A stretch of 60,122 nucleotides of DNA, counting the filler, from Catajapyx aquilonaris (lineage: Eukaryota): assembly GCA_000934665.2 (NCBI GenBank). It is 3 parts of 3 records of this genome, joined end to end, with 100 filler letters (N's around TTAATTAATTAA, not from the genome) between each part and the next. Parts side by side here need not be neighbours in the genome. Positions count along the whole stretch, not along the records: positions 40,116 to 60,122 come from KZ539521.1; 2 more parts are not named here. The stretch is one strand, 5' to 3'. Under the pieces are notes generated by a model. That model was not told the DNA's origin. It saw only the letters and a list, made by a program, of their open reading frames with translations, and searched no databases. The translations under genes and the position numbers were made by a program. This document shows positions 52,695-60,122 of the stretch, in pieces (the stretch's first letter is position 1; every line of letters starts with the position of its first letter).

Positions 52695-52817
52695 ATGTTG
52701 GAGCCCTTCATCCTGCTGTTCCAGCTTCTTTACTGTGCCCATTGCGATGGGGCATTTGCCACGAAGAGGGACCTGGAGAGGCACATGTTTAAGAAGCACA
52801 TCAATCCTGAGCTTGAG
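52695..52817 (+). CDS. C2H2 zinc-finger exon, probably the next exon of the second zinc-finger gene
   Basis: TTATAG acceptor and GTAATA donor; MLEPFILLFQLLYCAHCDGAFATKRDLERHMFKKHINPELE; phase 0/0. Confidence 0.7.
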
Positions 52818-52861
52818 GTAATACAATTAATTGATGTATATTTAAGTTCGAGTTTTCTATA

Positions 52862-53788
52862 CAGGGTGGTCGGTAAATGGCACACAAGCTTCAGGTAGCG
52901 AGATTCATTGTGAAAAACCAGTATTATTAATTTTACCCCGTGCCAGGCATCAATGGCCTATTTGGGGGGTGGCACACCACCATCAGTTTTCTCTGTCATT
53001 TTTTCTTCAGTCACCGGTGCAAGGAGTCAAGGATGTAGGGTAGGGGAAGGGATTTTTGTGGAGGGAACATGGGGTGCAAGTGCATTGTCTGCAACTTGGG
53101 TCATGTGCTGTTCCCCAGGAGGTTAGGTTGCCAGACACCTCCTTGGTGCAGATCAGAGACCCTCCTGATGCAGGTGAAAGGAAAGTTCTCCAGGCGGGGA
53201 TCGAACCTGGGGCCTTTCACTCAGCAAGCCGAGACGTTACCATCACGGCCACCACACCTCCCCGTGAAAAACCAGTATATGGAACTGAAGGTCATATAGC
53301 TCTGCGATGCCTGGTTAGGGCTCACGAAGCCTCCAAAGTTTGGGCCAAATCATGACGTCACATCCGCCCGCGAAATTCAAACACTACCGTATCGCTACTG
53401 TCTGTGATTTCGTTGCCAGGGATTGCCATCCCCCACATTTCCACCCTACAATGGAACCGTATAAACTCATATGGACGTTGCCAGGCACGCGGCGACGAAG
53501 GTATGGCAATGCCTGGCAACGTCCTGGCGAGTTTATACGGTTCCATTGTTTGGTGAAAATGTGGGGGATGTCAACATGGCAATCCCTCGCAATGAATCAC
53601 AGACAGTAACGATACGGTAGGGTTTCAATTTCGCGGGCGGATGTGACGTCATGATTTGGCCCAAACTTTGGAGGCCTCGTGAGCCCTAACCAGGCATCGC
53701 AGAGCAATATGACCTTCACTTCCATATACTGGTTTTTCACAATGAATCTCGCTATCTGAAGCTTGTGCTCCATTTACCGACCACCCTG
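52862..53788. mobile_element. Palindromic Tc1/mariner-type MITE with a nested SINE
   Basis: TA|CAGGGTGGTCGGTAAATGG ... CCATTTACCGACCACCCTG|TA; near-perfect foldback centred at ~53500 once the SINE is removed. Confidence 0.85.
52925..53263 (-). mobile_element. tRNA-derived SINE inserted in the MITE arm
   Basis: Minus-strand A box TGGCCGTGATGG and B box GGTTCGATCCC; 15-bp TSD GTGAAAAACCAGTAT at 52910-52924 and 53264-53278. Confidence 0.85.
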
Positions 53789-53882
53789 TATAAAGAGGTT
53801 TGCATTAATAAGGTTGAGTGATATTAAATATTTTGCCCACAAGAAATCAGTGTTATGTTTGCCATATTTGGAAGCCTGATTA

Positions 53883-54062
53883 AGGCCGGTACCAACGCAC
53901 GAGATTCTCGCATACGAGGAGCCGCGAGGAGCCAACTGCACATGCCCAGATACGAGGAAAGACGAGAAAGCTGAAAATTTTCAACTTTCTCGTATCTGGG
54001 CATGCGCAGTTGGCTCCTCGCGGCTCCTCGTATGCGAGAATCTCGTGTGTTGGTACCGGCCT
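53883..54062. mobile_element. Palindromic PIF/Harbinger-type MITE
   Basis: TTA|AGGCCGGTACCAAC ... GTTGGTACCGGCCT|TTA; second copy at 20103-20230. Confidence 0.8.
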
Positions 54063-54566
54063 TTAGTCAGAAATGCACCAGTCTGTTGTATTTGTCACTT
54101 GTATTGAAGAGGATGTGCATTAACCAATCAAAATTGGACCAGTGACAGATTAGCCCCCCCACTTGTTGGGAGATTGCAGCAGTTCTTTGCTGTGATTACT
54201 GCTTCATTTAGCTGACATTTTTGCATTGCCCCCATTTAACTGGTTGTTGATGACTAGTAATAATAATAATAGTACTAAAATCCAATCCAAAAATTTTTAT
54301 TGCAATCGGCAGCTGCCCCTAGGCCAGCTACTGTGCCTAATGGGAAATCCGCGCTGATTGGGTTCTTGATCAGGTTGCCTGTATGCTTATGTTGCCCGCA
54401 GCTGTTTTCCTCTCTACCACGTCTTCCAGTAAGGTTCTCTCTCCCCCGTCCACCCTCCCTCCCGCTCTTTTTGGCCTGGAAGATATCTTATTGCCCTGGT
54501 GTTGAGGATGGTGTTCATGATCAGGTTGCCTGTATGTTGCCCGCACCTGTTTTCCTCTCTATACAA

Positions 54567-55315
54567 CAGTGGTTCCCAACCTGGGGGGCGCGAGAGGATT
54601 TCAGGGGCGGCATGAGGCCATGAGAAATAGGTAAAATAATGTAACATGTTTCTGCTGGACATATGAAGGGACCTACTTTTCTCCTTGCTTGTATTCGATG
54701 TGCTTACAGTATAGGAAGATTCCACTGTACTTTGTCAGCAACATTCACCTAAACTTGTGTGACCTTGAACCCCCCAAAAAATTTCGCTTTTCGCCCTTCC
54801 ATTGTTGCCCCTATTGCAGCATGTTTTCATTCCTCGGTTATTAAAATTTCTTTAAAGAAACTCGCTCAAATTTATTGGGGCGGTGGGGGAGGGGGTGGCG
54901 TAACGGCAGGGGGGGGGCAGGGGTACATTGCCCCCCCCCCCCCNNNNNNNNNNNNNNNNNNNNNNNNNNNNNNNNNNNNNNNNNNNNNNNNNNNNNNNNN
55001 NNNNNNNNNNNNNNNNNNNNNNNNNNNNNNNNNNNNNNNNNNNNNNNNNNNNNNNNNNNNNNNNNNNNNNNNNNNNNNNNNNNNNNNNNNNNNNNNNNNN
55101 NNNNNNNNNNNNNNNNNNNNNNNNNNNNNNNNNNNNNNNNNNNNNNNNNNNNNNNNNNNNNNNNNNNNNNNNNNNNNNNNNNNNNNNNNNNNNNNNNNNN
55201 NNNNNNNNNNNNNNNNNNNNNNNNNNNNTTTTTAAGGGGGGGGGGGGGGGGGGGGCGAGAGTGTTTGGTAAAAATGAAAAAGGGGGCGTCATGACGAAAA
55301 GGTTGGGAACCACTG
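54567..55315. mobile_element. hAT non-autonomous element spanning an assembly gap (N 54944-55228)
   Basis: TIR CAGTGGTTCCCAACCT / AGGTTGGGAACCACTG; 8-bp TSD CTATACAA at 54559-54566 and 55316-55323. Confidence 0.8.
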
Positions 55316-55830
55316 CTATACAACATCTTCCAGTAAGGTTATAGTTTTTGTCCAAGAAGGACAGAGGAGAGCAGCCCCTGGACACTACCCTTTTATCAGC
55401 TCTTATTGCCTTAAGAGCTGATAAGAGGGTAGTGTCCAGGGGCTGCTGTCCTGATGGGGCGTTTTGTGGGAGATGACCGCATGATAGCTCTTTATGGCGC
55501 TTAGTATTCTAAGGCCATGGAGGAGAGAGACAGACGCTGAGCAGTCAGCAGCATCGAAGCGACATCCGACGGTAACGACATTTGGCGGTAACGTTCGGAA
55601 GTAGGCACCCTGAGAGCCGAGCGGCACAATTGGGAATTGCGTGGAGCTGACCTTGTGGCCGTGACCTCGTGCCTCGGTGAATTTGCGATTTATCTATTCC
55701 CTGGTCACTTTTTCCTAAAAAGACAAAAGTGGTGGGCATATAGAAGACAGGGACAAAATTTTGAGAGCACTCCCAACGCTGTAGCCTGAACTGTTCGGGC
55801 GGAGATATGGGTACAGTAGGGTATTAATAA

Positions 55831-55986
55831 TACCTAGATACCTAGTGAGAGCACTCGGGGTGAAATGTAAGGCAGGCAACAATGCAGGCAACAATATGCC
55901 CAGAGTAAAGATGGCAGACGCTTGACATTATTGGGCTAATTGTCGTCCCAGTTGTCATTATTGGTTGCTGACCCAGTTGCTAGACA
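55831..55986. mobile_element. Diverged fragment of the P1/P2 family
   Basis: TGAAATG.AGGCAGGCAACAATGCAGGCAACAATATG..AAGATGGC..ATTGTCGTCCCAGTTGTCATTATTGGTTG matches ~41580-41740. Confidence 0.7.
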
Positions 55987-56434
55987 GGGTGCCCCCAAGT
56001 GCATCATAAGAGAACGATCCAGCAAAGATGGCGAATGTGTTAGCATCGCCCACTCCGGCCGCAACTTTATTATTTTACCTCGCCACACTGATCTTTTTTA
56101 TCATCCCTAATCGCGATCCCTGCCACCTTGCCCCGGTGCCGGCCTGACGCTTAAAAATTCAAATTTTTTATTGTGTTCTCTCTTTCATTTAATGATATTT
56201 TATTTTAAAAACTAGCAGTGGAACCAGTTCTTCGCATGGCCTCTTTCTGTGGTAATGACCAACAAAAGTCTGTTGCCACAGGCAACCAAAATATTTTTTT
56301 GCCTTATGTACGTAGATTATCAAAATGTGTTATTACTTAATAAATTTATAGCAGAAAACCCGTGTGTAGTGTCTGGTACATATGTTGAATTTGGTGTCAG
56401 TCCGTGTACACAGAAGTGATCGAAAGAGGAGGGA

Positions 56435-57076
56435 TAATTGGACAGCGTTATCCATTAATGGGTCAACCCACAAAAATGCCAAAATTGAGTTATGCCCTGG
56501 AACATACACCCAAAGGATAGTACCGGTACTTCATTCAGTTAAAATCAAGGCGGCGAAATCTGCATACTTCTGCCACAAATGACCGAAAAGTTAACTCATG
56601 AATGGTGTGCATGGACGGTGTTGTGCAATGATTTGTCAACCCACGACAGTCAAAATTGAGCCTAGCCCAGGAACCTAAAGCAGAGGTTCTTAATCTTTTA
56701 GAGCCTCCGCACCCCTTTGTAGACAATATATTGGTCCTTGTCGCACCCTCTATACCAGGGGCGATTGATTAAGTTCATAGTTAGACCAGTTATTAGCTCT
56801 TGGTTTGGTCAAGTCCAGAGGTGCACCTTGATCGGATCCCCCAGGGAAGCCACCTCGCACCCCCTGGAGGTGCGGGCACCCCAGGCTAAGAACCTCATCT
56901 GGCCTAAAGAATCCTACTTAATTCAGTTAAAATAACGCTGGTGAAATCTGCATACTTCTGCCATAAATGACCGAAAAGTACACTGAATTAATTTCACAGG
57001 TATGACCTTCAAAGCCCTTTTTCTCAACACTGGTCTCGCGTGGGTTGACGCATTATTGCATAACACCGTCCAATTA
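56435..57076. mobile_element. TIR element with internal direct repeats, hosting a hAT MITE
   Basis: TAATTGGAC..GTCAACCCAC mirrored by GTGGGTTGAC..GTCCAATTA; GAAATCTGCATACTTCTGCCA.AAATGACCGAAAAGT occurs twice. Confidence 0.55.
56681..56901. mobile_element. hAT MITE
   Basis: CAGAGGTTCTTA ... TAAGAACCTCATCTG; flanks ACCTAAAG / GCCTAAAG. Confidence 0.65.
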
Positions 57077-57087
57077 TTAAAATAATA

Positions 57088-57603
57088 CAGTAGGTACCCG
57101 TTTTATACTCCTGCATTTTACGCCGTTCTACATTAACGCCGGTTTGAAAATGACATTATAAAATGTTTAAATTGAAAAATTGCGAAAAATATGACTATAA
57201 CAACACAATCTGAACATAAGCACAACACTTCAACACTTTTGAATCCGAACACACGACCATAAAATAATGCAATTTTTTGTCTTTCGTGCGGTGCCTCGTG
57301 GAGGGGTCTATCGATAAATGCAGTACGTATTGTTGGTCTCATCGGAACCCTTTCCAAAAGAAGGGAAAAGAGGCCTCAGAACCAGATGACCCTTCACCTG
57401 GAACCTTAACCATTAAACGTGCATTGTAAATGTTTGAAATAGTCGGCATTAAAAACTGCAATTTAAGCACTGTATCAGGGAAATTTTTGGAAATCGTGAA
57501 ACCTATCTCATTTACTTCCATTATAATTTTGTCTCGTTTTGCCCCTTTTCATTTTACGCCGCGTTTTGCGGGAACCAATTACCGGCGTAAAACGGGTACT
57601 ACG
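57088..57603. mobile_element. pogo/Tigger-like MITE, degenerate
   Basis: TA|CAGTAGGTACCCGTTTTA ... TAAAACGGGTACTACG. Confidence 0.5.
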
Positions 57604-58434
57604 TGGATCTTTATGGGGAGCCTTGGGAGCCCGTTCGTAAGTACAGATCGCAGCACATCATACTGCAATAAGGCAGTAGGCCATTATCAAAACCAGGCGA
57701 TCTATTTCAGAACTCCAGGAAACGCGAATGTCTGATTGCGACCCAGGGAAAAATAATTATTATCATATCATTGTATGCACGTAAATCATGATCCATAAAC
57801 AAAACCACAATGATCAATTGAAAATTATGATAGCCTGCTGGTTGTGAAACGGCCAAGAAAGATTTCCTATACGGGAAGTACCCGTTTTACGCAGCTCTAT
57901 TTTACACCGTGTCACATTAATTAATAATATTAATAATTAATTAAAATTACATTTGAAAATGTTGTATCGGAATTTTTTGAAATATTTGATGATAACATCT
58001 CATCTCTAGAATGGCAAACCCCCCCGATTCACAGTGTGTCCAATCGCGGGATCGCTTGGACAAAAATGGGAAAATCAAATTGCGCGAGGAGTCGTGTAAA
58101 ATCTGCCCTAATGTAAGAAAGTAGTGTCTGAACAATAATAAAAATTGCTTTGGTAGGTTCAGTTGAGATGGGTTTTATACCAGGCAGGTAGGTAGTCAAG
58201 TCGAGTGTTCGCCTGCCACCTTTTTGTGTCTATTCGGTCGGCTTCGAATGGTCATGGAAGAAAGGTCACAGCATTTCCAAATTGAGGGTCACGTGGATTT
58301 TAAGCTGTGCATAAAATACTTCTGGCTAAGTACTATACTTACTCTCATGTAGCAATTTGAATGTGACCTGGAAATGCTAGTCGTTCTTTTGTTAAGGCTT
58401 CAGTAGTATAAATAGGGGCCTTTTGAAACAATGG

Positions 58435-59120
58435 GTCATCAATCACCCGTTGACAGCTCACTTCCGGTCTAATCCATTGTTCTCACGCACCTGCTTTTTA
58501 ATTAGCATAATGAGAAACTGTGATTTTTCATCACCTACTCCGAGCACCTGTTTCCGGTCACCTGTTTCCGGTGTAGGGGCCCCCTAATCCATCACCATGA
58601 TGACAGCTGTCAATCATACGTATCAATCACAGTTATGACAGCTATCAATCATTCATAACGTATGTATGTATGAGACTATACTGGTACCCACCTGTCGGAT
58701 ACAGTCATCAATCACTCGTTGACAGCTCACTTCCGGTCTAATCCATTGTTCTCACTTCCGGTCTGCTTTTTAATTAGCATAATGAGAAACTGTGATTTGT
58801 CGTCACCTACTCGATGTTGAGGAACCGTGATTTATTTTTTCACCAGACATGCACAGATTTCTCCGTATGAGGCAAAAGGAGCCGACAATGGGTGTACATG
58901 ATTTTCAATGATTTTACATGATTTTAATTGATTATGAGTTTGTGAGAAACTGTGATTTTTCATCACCTACAGGGCAAATAAACCGTGATTTTTCACCAGC
59001 TGTTTCCAGAGGTCACCTGTTTCCGATTGAGGGGGCCACTCGCTACCCCCGGCTACCATAACAGAAACCGTGATTTTTCACAGAGCATGCACAGATGTTG
59101 AGAAACCGTGATTTTCCTAC
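58435..59120. repeat. Motif-dense repeat block with a ~105-bp direct repeat
   Basis: 58435-58540 matches 58704-58812; about 7 AAAC(T/C)GTGATTT-like motifs; recurrent CACTTCCGGT and CACCTGTTTCCG. Confidence 0.75.
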
Positions 59121-59880
59121 TCATTAAGGGTGCATTCGAACGGCTGTGCACAGGTAAGTACAGATGTGACAAAAATCCAGGTAAGTACAGGTTTGACAAA
59201 ACTACAGGTGTGACAATAAGTGGTGATAAGTGGCTATAGGTGTGGTGAGGTGTATCAATAAGCAGGTGTGACTATAGGTGGGATCCATACCAGTGTTGCC
59301 ACAATGGTGAATGGAGAGCCCCTGACTCATTGGACGAGGCTAATTAGTGGCTGCAAGTGCGGTGGGGGTTAATGCTCTTGGACATCATCTAGTTTGAATC
59401 CAACGGAAAAAATAATTGGCGTGGGAGGGAGCAGACGCGCTAAATATGTAACGTTAGGAAAAAGCCGTTGATATTCAAAGTAATGAGGAAGTGGTAGCAA
59501 GGTCAACTGTTTGCGAGGCAAATAATTAATTCAGGAAAAGCCGTTGATATTCAAAGTAATAGCGAGCTTGATGGTAATGAAGTGCATAAATTAGCCTGAC
59601 AATAGGGGGAGTGGCAGCAGGTGCGCCAAATATGTAACGGTTATTGCAATTCTGGAAAAACCGTTGTGAATTTGCACAGTTGACTGTAAGTGCTCAGTGC
59701 GGAAGGAAGGTGTCTGCTAGTGCTCAAGAAGTGCAAGTCCTTATAAGGTAAGCTATAGTTTGACAGTGGATATGTAAGTCAGGGTATGTTGTTCCCTAAC
59801 AAGCTGTATTTCATACAGTAGTGAAGGGTTTGATGCTATTGTAGTCAAGACTAACGGTGCTATTATTTTAATTAGGTTCA

Positions 59881-60122
59881 GCTGGCAAGATGCCAACCTG
59901 GTGCCAAACACCGTCGCTGAGGGGATGATGTCAACAACACCGCCAGGTGAGACGTCGTCTCCGTGGAGATATGGTGTTTATATGGACGCCGAAGCCAGTC
60001 GTTCCATTTGGGGCCGAACGTTCGAACTGTAAGGACGCAAGTAGGGGTGCTCGCTGGCAAGATGCCAACCTGGTGCCAAACACCGTCGCTGAGGGGATGA
60101 TGTCAACAACACCGCTAGGTGA
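59881..60122. repeat. Direct repeat with 172-bp offset, truncated by the window end
   Basis: GCTGGCAAGATGCCAACCTGG...CAACACCGC(C/T)AGGTGA at 59881 and 60053. Confidence 0.85.

Noticed and set aside
54759..55385. Long ORFs full of X
   Set aside because: They span the N gap at 54944-55228.

Overview
Animal genomic DNA, probably an arthropod (spliceosomal introns, TCAGTY initiators, tRNA-derived SINEs, many MITEs). Two identical 100-nt artificial spacers (N44-TTAATTAATTAA-N44 at 20003-20102 and 40016-40115) split the window into three ~20-kb pieces that need not be linked. Piece 1 holds a complete 9-exon + strand gene (CDS 1245-13864, 618 aa by my exon sum) for a coiled-coil protein resembling outer-dynein-arm docking subunit ODAD3/CCDC151, with an X-box/forkhead/initiator promoter. 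In piece 2 I find no supportable gene, only SINEs, MITEs and microsatellites. Piece 3 holds (i) a nested transposon cluster: a mariner-type MITE containing an 8-bp-TSD element that itself contains a copy of each family; (ii) a 10-finger C2H2 gene with a CpG-rich CCAAT/GC-box promoter; (iii) a second zinc-finger gene built by exon duplication, plus an orphan paralogous exon; (iv) several palindromic MITEs; and (v) a motif-dense repeat block with a canonical intron running off the window end. I found no convincing wholly new biological system. The best leads are the reciprocal nesting with swapped TIR variants, the SINEs sharing one 3' tail, and the terminal repeat block. Protein family calls come from recalled sequence similarity, not from searches.
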